From NCBI GenBank assembly GCA_964584555.1, contig CAZPBT010000002.1:1-45549 (forward strand): a stretch of DNA of 45,549 nt. Direction: 5' to 3'. Every line of letters begins with the position of its first letter. Within the stretch, counting starts at the first letter, position 1. This DNA comes from an uncultured Chitinophagales bacterium (GTDB lineage: Bacteria; Bacteroidota; Bacteroidia; Chitinophagales; JADIYW01). Under the pieces are notes generated by a model. The model worked only from the letters and a program-made list of their open reading frames with translations, was not told the DNA's origin and ran no database searches. The position numbers and the translations under genes are program-made. Positions 9,489-18,606 of this stretch are shown here, in pieces.

Positions 9489-9502
9489 TAGCTTTACAGT
9501 CA

Positions 9503-9853
9503 CTATGCCTTTTTTACAAAAATAGATTTGAGTGCCATAGCACCAAAACCTTCAATTTTGCAATCTATATTATGGTCGCCGTCTGTAAGTCTAATGTTTT
9601 TTACTTTAGTTCCGGCTTTTATCGGCTTGGCTGCACCTTTCACAGGTAAGTCTTTGATAACAACAACCGTATCGCCATTTTGAAGCTCATTGCCGTTGGC
9701 ATCTACTACTTTTAATACATCTTCCTGAAAAGTTGCTTCTGCTTTTTCTTCTTCCGGATTCCACTCATAAAAGCAATCCGGACAAATCATTAAATCATCG
9801 CTCGGGTAAGTATATTCACTTTTGCATTTCGGGCATACAGGATAGCTTGACAT
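9503..9853 (-). CDS. phnA: PhnA/YjdM zinc-ribbon protein
   Basis: 116 aa with an N-terminal CPKC...CPDC zinc ribbon and a C-terminal PhnA domain ([14 protein letters not shown]...IRL...[17 protein letters not shown]). Confidence 0.85.
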   Translation of the reverse strand: MSSYPVCPKCKSEYTYPSDDLMICPDCFYEWNPEEEKAEATFQEDVLKVVDANGNELQNGDTVVVIKDLPVKGAAKPIKAGTKVKNIRLTDGDHNIDCKIEGFGAMALKSIFVKKA

Positions 9854-9963
9854 AAGTATTAATTTGACTGCAAAACTATAAAATTATTAGCGCATTATCA
9901 TCTGCTCTAATTATCTAATTGTCAAATTAGTAATGCTATAATTCAAGTAGATGCTACTTTTTT

Positions 9964-9971
9964 TATTTTTG
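9964..9971 (+). promoter_or_regulatory. Bacteroidota -7 promoter box (TATTTTTG) upstream of leuS
   Basis: Matches TAnnTTTG and ends 4 nt before the leuS ATG, which implies a very short or absent leader. Confidence 0.3.
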
Positions 9972-9975
9972 TTGT

Positions 9976-12759
9976 ATGATTTATAATTTTATCGAAATAG
10001 AAGAGCTGGCCCGCCAAAAATGGCAGTATGACAACAAAGAAAAATCGGTTTACAAAGTAGAAAACGATATTTCCAAACCTAAGTATTATGTCTTGGATAT
10101 GTTTCCATATCCTAGTGGTGCCGGTTTGCACGTAGGTCATCCGCTGGGTTATATCTTTTCTGATATCATTGCACGTTACAAACGCATGCAGGGATTTAAC
10201 GTATTGCATCCTATGGGGTTTGACGCTTTCGGATTGCCTGCAGAACAATACGCTATTCAAACCGGGCAACATCCTGCAATTACTACAGATAAAAATATCG
10301 AAACTTATCGTATGCAATTGCGCAAAATAGGCTTTTGCTATGACTGGAGCAGAGAGGTAATTACCTGTGAACCATCTTACTACAAATGGACACAATGGAT
10401 CTTTCTACAGTTATTTAATTCCATTTATTGTTATGAAAATCAACAAGCCTACGACATCGCTGTTTTAATCAAACATTTTGAAGAACAAGGTAATTTCAAT
10501 AATACAGCATATACGAATGCTGAAGTTCCAAAATTTACTGCTGAGGAATGGAAAAACTATTCAGATGTCGAAAAGCAAACAATTTTAATGGATTATCGAC
10601 TGGCATACCAAAAAGATTCTTGGGTAAACTGGTGTCCGGCTTTGGGTACAGTGCTGGCTAATGATGAAATAGTAAACGGTGTGTCCGAAAGGGGTGGGCA
10701 TCCAGTAGAAAAGAAAAAAATGTCGCAGTGGTTTTTGCGTATCACCGCTTATGCAGAACGATTATTGGCCGGCTTGGATACTCTGGACTGGACAGATGCC
10801 ATGAAAGAAATGCAACGCAACTGGATAGGAAAATCCAAAGGTGCGATGGTGTCTTTCCGGCTTGAAAATCAGGATGCTGAAATTGAAGTTTTCACTACCA
10901 GAGTGGACACTATTTTTGGTGTGACTTTTTTAGTAATTGCACCCGAGCATGAATTGGTGCAAAAAATTACAACGGATGAATATAAAGCAGCTATCGATGC
11001 ATATATTTTAAAAGCCGGAGCAAAGTCTGATATAGAAAGACAAGCTGAAGTAAAGGAAACAAGCGGGCAATTTACAGGAGCTTACGTACTGCATCCATTT
11101 ACTAATGAAAAAGTGCCGGTTTATATAGCAGATTACGTGTTGGCTGGATATGGTACAGGTGCAGTAATGGCGGTGCCAAGCGGTGATCAGCGTGACTGGC
11201 TTTTTGCTGCTAAATATAATTTGCCCGTCATTCCGATATTAGATGCTCAAAAGGATATAACTATAGAGGCTGACCCGACTAAAGAAGGCGTATATATTAA
11301 TTCCGGTTTTATCAATGGAATGAACTATGCGGAAGCCACAGATGCGTTGATAAAACGCATGGAAAAAGAGGGGACAGGCTATGGAAAAATACAGTATAAA
11401 ATGCGTGATGCCGGATACTCCCGTCAGCGTTATTGGGGCGAACCTTTTCCTGTTTATTATGATGAATATGGTTTGATTCATACAGTAGATAATTTACCGG
11501 TAACCCTGCCCGAAGTAAAAAGTTATAAACCAACCGGTACGGGTGAAAGTCCGTTAGCTACTGTTGGTGATTGGGTACATCAACAAGGTATAGATTGCAA
11601 AATGGAAACTGATACGATGCCCGGTTATGCCGGAAGTTCATGGTATTTTTTGCGCTATATGGATCCGCATAATGATCAAGAACTTGTTGATTTTAACATA
11701 CAAGATTACTGGAAAGATGTTGATTTGTATGTTGGTGGAAGTGAGCATGCCGTAGGTCATTTACTTTATTCTCGTTTTTGGCATAAATTTTTAAAAGATA
11801 TCGGAAAAGTAAGTACGGAAGAACCTTTTCAAAAAATGGTTAATCAGGGGATGATACAGGGCAGAAGTTTGTTGACAAAAGAAAATCAGATAAAAAATAT
11901 TCCAGCTAAACTGCATATTCCGGTGATGCTGGCTCCGAATGACAGAATCTCTAAAACTAATTTTGCAGAGCTCATTAAAACAGATAATCGTTTTGAAGCC
12001 ATAGATATTGAGAATGACATCAGTTGGGAAGAAAAAGACGGTCAGTATTTTATTTCCTTAGATGTGCAAGTTGAAAAAATGTCGAAACGCTATTTAAATG
12101 TAGTTAACCCTGACGATATGGTACTGGAATACGGAGCAGATGTATTTAGAATGTATGAGATGTTTTTAGGACCGATAGATACGGCAAAACCTTGGGACAC
12201 CAATGGCATTTCAGGAGTAGCTAACTTCTTGCGCAAGTTTTGGCGATTATTTTTTGATGATATGGGTAATAAAAAATATGCAGAAACTGATGCCTCGGCG
12301 GATGAACTAAAAATTCTGCATAAATGCATTAAAAAAATAAATACGGATATCGAAAATCTGAGTTTGAATACTTGTATTTCTACCTTTATGATTGCTGTAA
12401 ATGATCTTGGAAAACTCAAGGCAGTTTCAGTTTCAGTATTAACGGAGTTAAACAAATTAATTGCTCCGTTTGCACCGCATACGGCTGAAGTACTATGGAC
12501 AAATTTAGGAATGGAGGGATTTGTCATCAATCAGCCTTTCCCAAAACATGATGAAAAATATCTGATAGAAAGTACATTCACTTACCCGGTTCAAATTAAT
12601 GGCAAACACCGTGCTAATATTGAAATTTCCTTGGATGCAGATGAAAATCAGGTAAAAGAAATCATGCTGGCTGACGAACAAGTATTGAAATACATGGAAG
12701 GTAAGCCACTGAAAAAACTGATATTAGTAAAAGGCAGAATTATTAATATAGTGGTGTAA
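9976..12759 (+). CDS. leuS: Leucine--tRNA ligase
   Basis: 927 aa with the HIGH motif HVGHPLGY, the KMSKS motif KMSKR, a CP1 editing insertion and characteristic N-terminal EIE..KWQ. Confidence 0.97.
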   Translation: MIYNFIEIEELARQKWQYDNKEKSVYKVENDISKPKYYVLDMFPYPSGAGLHVGHPLGYIFSDIIARYKRMQGFNVLHPMGFDAFGLPAEQYAIQTGQHPAITTDKNIETYRMQLRKIGFCYDWSREVITCEPSYYKWTQWIFLQLFNSIYCYENQQAYDIAVLIKHFEEQGNFNNTAYTNAEVPKFTAEEWKNYSDVEKQTILMDYRLAYQKDSWVNWCPALGTVLANDEIVNGVSERGGHPVEKKKMSQWFLRITAYAERLLAGLDTLDWTDAMKEMQRNWIGKSKGAMVSFRLENQDAEIEVFTTRVDTIFGVTFLVIAPEHELVQKITTDEYKAAIDAYILKAGAKSDIERQAEVKETSGQFTGAYVLHPFTNEKVPVYIADYVLAGYGTGAVMAVPSGDQRDWLFAAKYNLPVIPILDAQKDITIEADPTKEGVYINSGFINGMNYAEATDALIKRMEKEGTGYGKIQYKMRDAGYSRQRYWGEPFPVYYDEYGLIHTVDNLPVTLPEVKSYKPTGTGESPLATVGDWVHQQGIDCKMETDTMPGYAGSSWYFLRYMDPHNDQELVDFNIQDYWKDVDLYVGGSEHAVGHLLYSRFWHKFLKDIGKVSTEEPFQKMVNQGMIQGRSLLTKENQIKNIPAKLHIPVMLAPNDRISKTNFAELIKTDNRFEAIDIENDISWEEKDGQYFISLDVQVEKMSKRYLNVVNPDDMVLEYGADVFRMYEMFLGPIDTAKPWDTNGISGVANFLRKFWRLFFDDMGNKKYAETDASADELKILHKCIKKINTDIENLSLNTCISTFMIAVNDLGKLKAVSVSVLTELNKLIAPFAPHTAEVLWTNLGMEGFVINQPFPKHDEKYLIESTFTYPVQINGKHRANIEISLDADENQVKEIMLADEQVLKYMEGKPLKKLILVKGRIINIVV

Positions 12760-12869
12760 CCTCTTGTGCGTATAGTTTTATAGTTTTTACCAAATAGAGG
12801 CAAAGATTTTGTTTAGCATTAACAATGTTTATCATACAAATATTAAGGTAAGAATAGAAAAATATAGGA

Positions 12870-12900
12870 ATCGCCAAAGGCGATACTATGTTTTCTTCTT
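12870..12900 (+). terminator. Weak hairpin plus T-rich tail downstream of leuS
   Basis: ATCGCC-AAA-GGCGAT (12870-12884) followed by actatgttttcttctt. The stem is only 6 bp. Confidence 0.3.
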
Positions 12901-13042
12901 GATTACTGTATTTCTTTGCAGTAAATAACTATTTATGATTAAAAATGCTATGCTTCTATGTGGTTTAAAAAGTGCAATTAATTTGGTATAATAAGATTTT
13001 TATCAGCTGAAAATAATAACACAGCGACTTCTCAAATTTTTA

Positions 13043-13050
13043 TAAATTTG
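13043..13050 (+). promoter_or_regulatory. Bacteroidota -7 promoter box (TAAATTTG)
   Basis: Matches TAnnTTTG, 13 nt upstream of the ATG at 13064. Confidence 0.35.
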
Positions 13051-13063
13051 ACAAAGTCTAATT

Positions 13064-13402
13064 ATGGAAAAGCGATTCAAATCATTAAAGGAATTTTATC
13101 CCTTTTATCTTACGGAGCATTCAGATCCCACTTGCCGTATGTTGCACTACGTTGGCACTACACTGGTGATTGCCATGTTTATTTATGCTCTCATACAACC
13201 TACAGCATGGAAAATAGTAGCCATTCCATTCTTAGGATACAGTTTTGCATGGATAGGTCATTTTGTATTTGAAAAAAACAAACCGGCTACTTTTCAATAT
13301 CCCTTCTATAGTTTAGCTTCAGATTTCAAAATGTTTTTTGATTTTCTTACAGGTAAGGTGGACAAAAAATTAGCCGAAGCCAAATTACAATTTCCAAAAT
13401 AA
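13064..13402 (+). CDS. DUF962 (Mpo1-like) small membrane protein
   Basis: 112 aa. FYPFYLTEHSDPTCRMLHYVGT, two TM helices and GHFVFEKNKPATF resemble the DUF962 family as I remember it. Confidence 0.6.
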   Translation: MEKRFKSLKEFYPFYLTEHSDPTCRMLHYVGTTLVIAMFIYALIQPTAWKIVAIPFLGYSFAWIGHFVFEKNKPATFQYPFYSLASDFKMFFDFLTGKVDKKLAEAKLQFPK

Positions 13403-13423
13403 AAAAAGTTAGCAAGAAAACAC

Positions 13424-13501
13424 CGTCGTATCGAACGAAGTGAGATATCCGTTACAGTATTAAGCTAAAGCAAACGTCATATCGAACGTGGTGAGATATC
13501 C
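13424..13501. repeat. Pair of 27-nt direct repeats (24/27 identical) in a convergent intergenic region
   Basis: 13424-13450 cgtcgtatcgaacgaagtgagatatcc and 13475-13501 cgtcatatcgaacgtggtgagatatcc, with a 51-nt period. Confidence 0.8.
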
Positions 13502-13550
13502 AATGAATTGTTGGCAATACTATAGAACAAGTAAAGTTCGCAGTAATTGC

Positions 13551-15050
13551 TCACGCCTTTTTCTCCAGCATTTTCACCAGCATACCTTTTTTCACCAAAG
13601 TAGTTTGTTGCATGCCGTTTAAAATTGACACTTCTTCAAAGCGGTCTGCCGGAATTTTGTAAAGTACCATAATGTCTTTTAATGTTGCATCATTGGCAAC
13701 AGCTACAATTTTAATACGCTCAGGTATAACATTAATTCTTTTTGGATCAGTCAAAGGTTTAAAACCATTCATGCTGTATAAGAAGTTAGACTTTTGAGCA
13801 GGAAAGTCCTTTTTTGAGCTCATTCCTTGCATAACATATATTTTGTTGTCATACTTGTAGAAAGTAAACAATACCTGCATGATTTCTGCGTCTGTTGGCT
13901 GTTGGCCACCATTTTGCTGAATAGTTTGCTGGTCTACAACTTGTTCAGCTGTAAATGTATAAGCATCTAAGCCATTGATTTTTGTTGTAGTCGGTGTAGT
14001 GATATTCTTAAGTCCGTATGCTTGCAGAATTTCCGAAGCAGCAGCATCAAAAGTTGATTTCTCTGACATTGTCAATATAATTGCCGCATCGCCATTGGCA
14101 TTTGCTGCTTGTACTGCCATAGGTGAATTTTGATATTGCCAGCCATTGGGAATTGGGTATTCAAATCGCATTTCAGGTTGATAAAATACATAGTTGGTTT
14201 TATCCAAATATCCCTGACGAGGATCTTCTCCATATACCAATCCGTCAATCATGCGAAGATATTGATCTCTGTTGATATTGAGCTTGGTTAAATTGTTTGT
14301 GGTTTGATAATCTTTTGCCAACTGTTTTACGGTGCTGTAACGGTTGCCCGGATCAGGATGCGTGGATAAAAACTCGGGAACCCGCGCACCTTCTTTTTCA
14401 GAATAGCGTTGTAATGTTTGAAAGAAATCTGCCATTTGATTGGCATCATAACCGATAGCAGAAGAGTATTTTACACCTAATACATCAGATTGAGATTCAT
14501 CATCTCTCGAAAATTTTAAAAATAATAATTGCATGCCCTGCATAGCTTGATCAGCCATGCCTCTGAATTTTTCAGAAAAAATCATCCCACCCATAAAGGC
14601 AATTTGAGTAAGCATTTGTTTGGTATATTGTTGAGAAGCATGTCGTGCCGTTACATGGCCGATTTCATGACCCAATACGCCTGCAAACTGTGCTTCATCA
14701 TTAAAATAGGCCATAATACCACGAGTAAAATAAACATAGCCTCCGGGTACTGCAAATGCATTTAATATAGGAGAGTCGAGCATCCTGAATGTAAATTTCA
14801 AATCAGGACGGTGAGAAACTTTTACCATTGCATCGCCTTTGGTTGTCAGGAAGTTTTTTAAAGTATCGTTAGGATAAAGCCCGAATTGAGCAATAACAGA
14901 CGGATCACTTTCCTGACCTATAGCCATTTCCTGAGATTCAGACATAAAGCTCAGTTCTTTTTTGCCCGAAACCGGATTAACGGAACAAGAACCTGCAATT
15001 AATGCCAGAATAAAAAGGAGTGACAGTTTTATTTTTCTAAAGGTGTTCAT
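13551..15050 (-). CDS. M48-family zinc metalloprotease, lipoprotein
   Basis: 499 aa with a lipobox LIAGSC and the zinc site HEIGHV with downstream E/H residues. A C-terminal extra domain of about 230 aa is present. Confidence 0.85.
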   Translation of the reverse strand: MNTFRKIKLSLLFILALIAGSCSVNPVSGKKELSFMSESQEMAIGQESDPSVIAQFGLYPNDTLKNFLTTKGDAMVKVSHRPDLKFTFRMLDSPILNAFAVPGGYVYFTRGIMAYFNDEAQFAGVLGHEIGHVTARHASQQYTKQMLTQIAFMGGMIFSEKFRGMADQAMQGMQLLFLKFSRDDESQSDVLGVKYSSAIGYDANQMADFFQTLQRYSEKEGARVPEFLSTHPDPGNRYSTVKQLAKDYQTTNNLTKLNINRDQYLRMIDGLVYGEDPRQGYLDKTNYVFYQPEMRFEYPIPNGWQYQNSPMAVQAANANGDAAIILTMSEKSTFDAAASEILQAYGLKNITTPTTTKINGLDAYTFTAEQVVDQQTIQQNGGQQPTDAEIMQVLFTFYKYDNKIYVMQGMSSKKDFPAQKSNFLYSMNGFKPLTDPKRINVIPERIKIVAVANDATLKDIMVLYKIPADRFEEVSILNGMQQTTLVKKGMLVKMLEKKA

Positions 15051-15312
15051 CTTGTGATTTTTTTAATAATCTATCAAAAATTGTACTGCAAATCTACGGC
15101 ATAATTTATAAAATGAGTAATGCAGATGCCTGATAAATTAAAATCTGGATGTAAACCTCGTTTTAAAGCAGCTAATGCTTGTATATCTGTTGTTTATGAA
15201 AGGATATGACCCTCTTTTGTAAGCTGTGTTTAGTTTTTTATATAACATGCTTTTTACTGTTGCATTTATCCACATCAAATTATTTCTGTTTTCAGAGCTT
15301 AGTGTGAAATCG

Positions 15313-15320
15313 TATCTTTG
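15313..15320 (+). promoter_or_regulatory. Bacteroidota -7 promoter box (TATCTTTG) upstream of gcvP
   Basis: Matches TAnnTTTG, 16 nt upstream of the ATG at 15337. Confidence 0.4.
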
Positions 15321-15336
15321 TGCAAAATTTCAAATA

Positions 15337-18189
15337 ATGCCATACGATTTTCAATCGCGCCACTTAGGTCCTCGCCCAAATGATGTTCAGGAAATGCTAA
15401 AAGTAATAAATGCTGTATCTGTAGATCAGCTAATTGAAGAAACAGTACCTGCATCTATTCGTTTACAACATGGTCTTAATTTACCGGCTGCCATGTCTGA
15501 GGCAGAATATTTAAATCACATTGAAAAAATAGCTAAAAAAAATGTGGTTGCCAAAAATTATATCGGTCTGGGTTATTACGGTACACAAGTTCCCACAGTA
15601 ATCCAACGCAATATTTTTGAAAATCCGGGATGGTATACACAATATACGCCCTATCAGGCAGAAATTTCGCAAGGCAGATTAGAAGCTTTGCTTAATTTTC
15701 AAACAATGGTCTGCGAGCTTACCGGATTTCCGGTTGCCAATGCATCATTATTAGATGAAGGTACTGCTGTAGCAGAAGCAATGCATGTGCTCAATGAAGT
15801 ACGTGCAAAGTCCAAGGGAAAACCACAAGCGAATAAAATCTTTATAGATGAGCACACCTTACCTCAAACCATTGATGTAGTAAAAGGACGTGCTTTGCCC
15901 TTAGCTATTGAAGTAGTAGTAGGCAATTATAAAACATTTTCTCCGGATGAAACCTATTTTGCCATCATTTTGCAATATCCCAATGCACAAGGAAGTATTG
16001 AAGATTATACTGCCTGTATTGCTGCCTGTAAAGAAAAAGAAGTATACAGCATTCTTGCTTGCGATATTATGAGTTTAGTTTTACTAAAATCACCTGCAGA
16101 GTTGGGTGCTGATATTGCTGTGGGAAATACTCAGCGTTTTGGTGTTCCTATGGGATTCGGTGGCCCGCATGCTGCCTTTTTTGCTTGTAAAGAAGAATTT
16201 GTGCGTTTAATGCCCGGACGTATTATTGGTGTATCAGTAGATAAGCAGGGTAATAGAGCATTGCGTATGGCTTTGCAAACCCGTGAACAACATATTAAAC
16301 GCGAAAAAGCAACATCCAATATCTGTACAGCACAGGCTTTGTTGGCTATCATGTCCGGTATGTATGCCGTATATCATGGTAGTGAAGGTCTAAAAACTAT
16401 TGCCCGAAAAATTCATCATCGTTGTGTGCAACTGGCTTTTGAATTGAAAAAATTGGGATTCAAAAATACAAACGTCTTCTTTTTTGATACTTTACATATT
16501 CCATTAGCACATCTTGAAAAACTGAAAGAGCTGGCAACCAAGGCTGAAGTCAATTTTTATTATACCGAAGATGCGGTACAGATTGCAGTAGATGAAACAA
16601 CTACTGAGCAAGATATTGCACAAGTAGCCGCTGTATTTGCACAATTAGTAGAAGCACATTATTCTTTTGAAAAACTGGATGCTACGGCAGCACAAATTCC
16701 GGAAGCACTAAGTCGCAAGCAAGATTTCTTAAAACAGGAAATCTTCAACAGTTATCAATCTGAAACGGAGATGCTGCGATACATAAAACGTCTGGAATCC
16801 AAAGATTTATCACTTGCATTCTCAATGATTCCTTTAGGTAGTTGCACAATGAAATTGAATGCCACTACTGAGTTAATCCCATTAAGCTGGAAAGAGTTTG
16901 CGAATATGCATCCATTTCAACCACAAGATCAAACAAAGGGATACTTAGAAGTTATTCATAGGCTGGAAAAGGATTTAGCAGAAATAACAGGATTTGCTGC
17001 CACTTCGTTGCAACCTAATTCCGGTGCACAAGGTGAGTACGCCGGGTTGATGGTCATACGAGCCTTCCATGTAGCCAATGGGAACGAACATCGCAATGTG
17101 GCATTAATTCCGGCTTCGGCTCACGGAACTAATCCGGCAAGTGCAGCAATGGCAGGAATGAAAATTGTAGTAGTGAAAACAACTGAGGACGGCAATATTG
17201 ATGTGGAGGATTTGAAACAAAAAGCTGAACTACATAAAGATAATTTATCTTGTTTGATGGTGACCTATCCTTCTACGCATGGTGTTTTTGAAGAAACGAT
17301 TACTGAAGTCTGCGCCGTTATTCATCAGTTTGGAGGTAAAGTCTATATGGATGGGGCAAATATGAATGCACAAGTAGGACTGACATCTCCTGCCAAAATT
17401 GGAGCAGATGTCAACCATATTAATTTGCATAAAACTTTTGCCATTCCTCACGGCGGTGGCGGCCCTGGTATGGGGCCAATTTGTTGTACTGCTGAGCTTG
17501 CTCCGTTTCTTCCGGGCAATCCTGTTGTGAAATCAGGCGGCATTGAAGCAATACCTGCTATTTCTGCTGCACCATACGGCAGTGCAGCTATACTATTGAT
17601 ATCTTACGCATATATTCGTATGTTGGGAGCAGAAGGACTGACCAATGCCACAAAGTATGCAATTCTCAATGCCAACTATATGAAATCTGTACTGGAAAAA
17701 GATTTTCCGGTTTTGTATTCCGGTAATAAAGGGAGAGTAGCACATGAATTTATTCTTGATTTGCGACCTCTGAAACCGGCTTCCGGTATAGATGCAGCAG
17801 ATGTTGCCAAAAGATTAATGGATTATGGATTTCATGCCCCTACAGTTGCATTTCCTGTTCCGGGAACGCTAATGATCGAGCCTACTGAAAGTGAAAGCAA
17901 ACAGGAGTTAGACCGCTTTTGTAATGCACTAATCAGCATCGGAGAGGAGATAAAAGCTGTTATTAACGGCAATTATACGCAAAGCGACAATCCGGTAGTA
18001 AATGCACCGCATACTTTGCTAGAGATTACTGCTGATGAATGGCAACATGAATACACCCGAAGTGTTGCTGCATTTCCTTTATCTTATTTGAAATACTCGA
18101 AGTTCTGGCCAAGTGTGGCAAAAATAGATAATACCTATGGCGACAGAAATTTAGTTTGTACCTGCTCGCCCCTTGTAGATTATCAATAA
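15337..18189 (+). CDS. gcvP: Glycine dehydrogenase (decarboxylating), glycine cleavage P protein
   Basis: Canonical N-terminus F..RH.GP (MPYDFQSRHLGP), the PLP-lysine region NLHKTFAIPHGGGGPG and a length of about 950 aa. The track's GTG start at 15226 adds an implausible hydrophobic extension. Confidence 0.95.
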   Translation: MPYDFQSRHLGPRPNDVQEMLKVINAVSVDQLIEETVPASIRLQHGLNLPAAMSEAEYLNHIEKIAKKNVVAKNYIGLGYYGTQVPTVIQRNIFENPGWYTQYTPYQAEISQGRLEALLNFQTMVCELTGFPVANASLLDEGTAVAEAMHVLNEVRAKSKGKPQANKIFIDEHTLPQTIDVVKGRALPLAIEVVVGNYKTFSPDETYFAIILQYPNAQGSIEDYTACIAACKEKEVYSILACDIMSLVLLKSPAELGADIAVGNTQRFGVPMGFGGPHAAFFACKEEFVRLMPGRIIGVSVDKQGNRALRMALQTREQHIKREKATSNICTAQALLAIMSGMYAVYHGSEGLKTIARKIHHRCVQLAFELKKLGFKNTNVFFFDTLHIPLAHLEKLKELATKAEVNFYYTEDAVQIAVDETTTEQDIAQVAAVFAQLVEAHYSFEKLDATAAQIPEALSRKQDFLKQEIFNSYQSETEMLRYIKRLESKDLSLAFSMIPLGSCTMKLNATTELIPLSWKEFANMHPFQPQDQTKGYLEVIHRLEKDLAEITGFAATSLQPNSGAQGEYAGLMVIRAFHVANGNEHRNVALIPASAHGTNPASAAMAGMKIVVVKTTEDGNIDVEDLKQKAELHKDNLSCLMVTYPSTHGVFEETITEVCAVIHQFGGKVYMDGANMNAQVGLTSPAKIGADVNHINLHKTFAIPHGGGGPGMGPICCTAELAPFLPGNPVVKSGGIEAIPAISAAPYGSAAILLISYAYIRMLGAEGLTNATKYAILNANYMKSVLEKDFPVLYSGNKGRVAHEFILDLRPLKPASGIDAADVAKRLMDYGFHAPTVAFPVPGTLMIEPTESESKQELDRFCNALISIGEEIKAVINGNYTQSDNPVVNAPHTLLEITADEWQHEYTRSVAAFPLSYLKYSKFWPSVAKIDNTYGDRNLVCTCSPLVDYQ

Positions 18190-18431
18190 AGTTAGTTAGT
18201 CACAATAATGGCAGGCCTTTTGTTGTAATTTTCTTATTTTCAACAAGTTGATTGATTAGTAGTTTATGTTAATTGAGTCACAATATCAAATAATAAGATA
18301 TTGCAGCTTAGTGATTAATGTAGAAATTTGTAGCAGAGTTAGTCCGCATATTTTAAACGTAAACAACAAAAATTTAATCGGATAAAAAATCGTTTGGTAG
18401 CGGAAATTACCAGTAAAATAAAGGGTCTTAT

Positions 18432-18463
18432 AAAAAAAATCGGGTTTACTTTGCGTAAACCCG
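18432..18463 (-). terminator. Rho-independent terminator on the minus strand with no upstream ORF
   Basis: A perfect 9-bp stem (CGGGTTTAC at 18441-18449, GTAAACCCG at 18455-18463) with a 5-nt loop. On the minus strand it is followed by A then T8 (18439-18432). Confidence 0.55.
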
Positions 18464-18495
18464 ACAGACCCTAAAGTCTAGAAACATAAAAACCC
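18432..18495 (-). ncRNA. Candidate small RNA of about 60-65 nt (promoter box to terminator)
   Basis: On the minus strand, TATCTTTG (plus-strand coordinates 18501-18508) matches the TAnnTTTG -7 box. It is followed about 40 nt later by the terminator hairpin and U-run. There is no ORF of 60 aa or more; only a 13-codon ATG frame is present. Confidence 0.3.
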
Positions 18496-18606
18496 TGTCA
18501 CAAAGATAGTATTTTTTTCTGTTTTGCATAGAAAAATGTGTTTTTTTTCAAAAAAAATTAGAAACTTACATTACGCTTACTTTCAAAAAAAGCTGTACTT
18601 TACTGC

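Noticed and set aside
9943-10395. 150-aa minus-strand ORF, and the similar antisense ORFs at 11239-11533 and 12090-12530
   Set aside because: They lie entirely antisense to the well-supported leuS coding sequence and have no motifs. They are typical shadow ORFs.
13048-13272. 74-aa ORF overlapping the DUF962 gene in another frame
   Set aside because: The DUF962 frame has family-like motifs and a promoter box at the right distance. The alternative frame has neither.
15051-15336. Possible glycine riboswitch upstream of gcvP
   Set aside because: I looked for the conserved glycine-aptamer cores (GGAGAG...CACCG...CUCUGGAGAG-type segments) on the plus strand and found nothing resembling them. The region is very AT-rich, and a TAnnTTTG promoter box lies only 16 nt before the ATG, leaving no room for an aptamer in the leader.
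15226-15336. N-terminal 37-aa extension of gcvP from a GTG start (ORF track)
   Set aside because: The extension is hydrophobic low-complexity sequence (MFSFLYNMLFTVAFIHIKLFLF...) unlike any GcvP N-terminus, and it would read through the promoter box. The canonical GcvP N-terminus begins at the ATG at 15337.
18541-18560. T8-C-A8 palindrome upstream of mltG
   Set aside because: It is a pure A/T homopolymer symmetry in an AT-rich spacer. It would form only a very weak hairpin and has no flanking signals.
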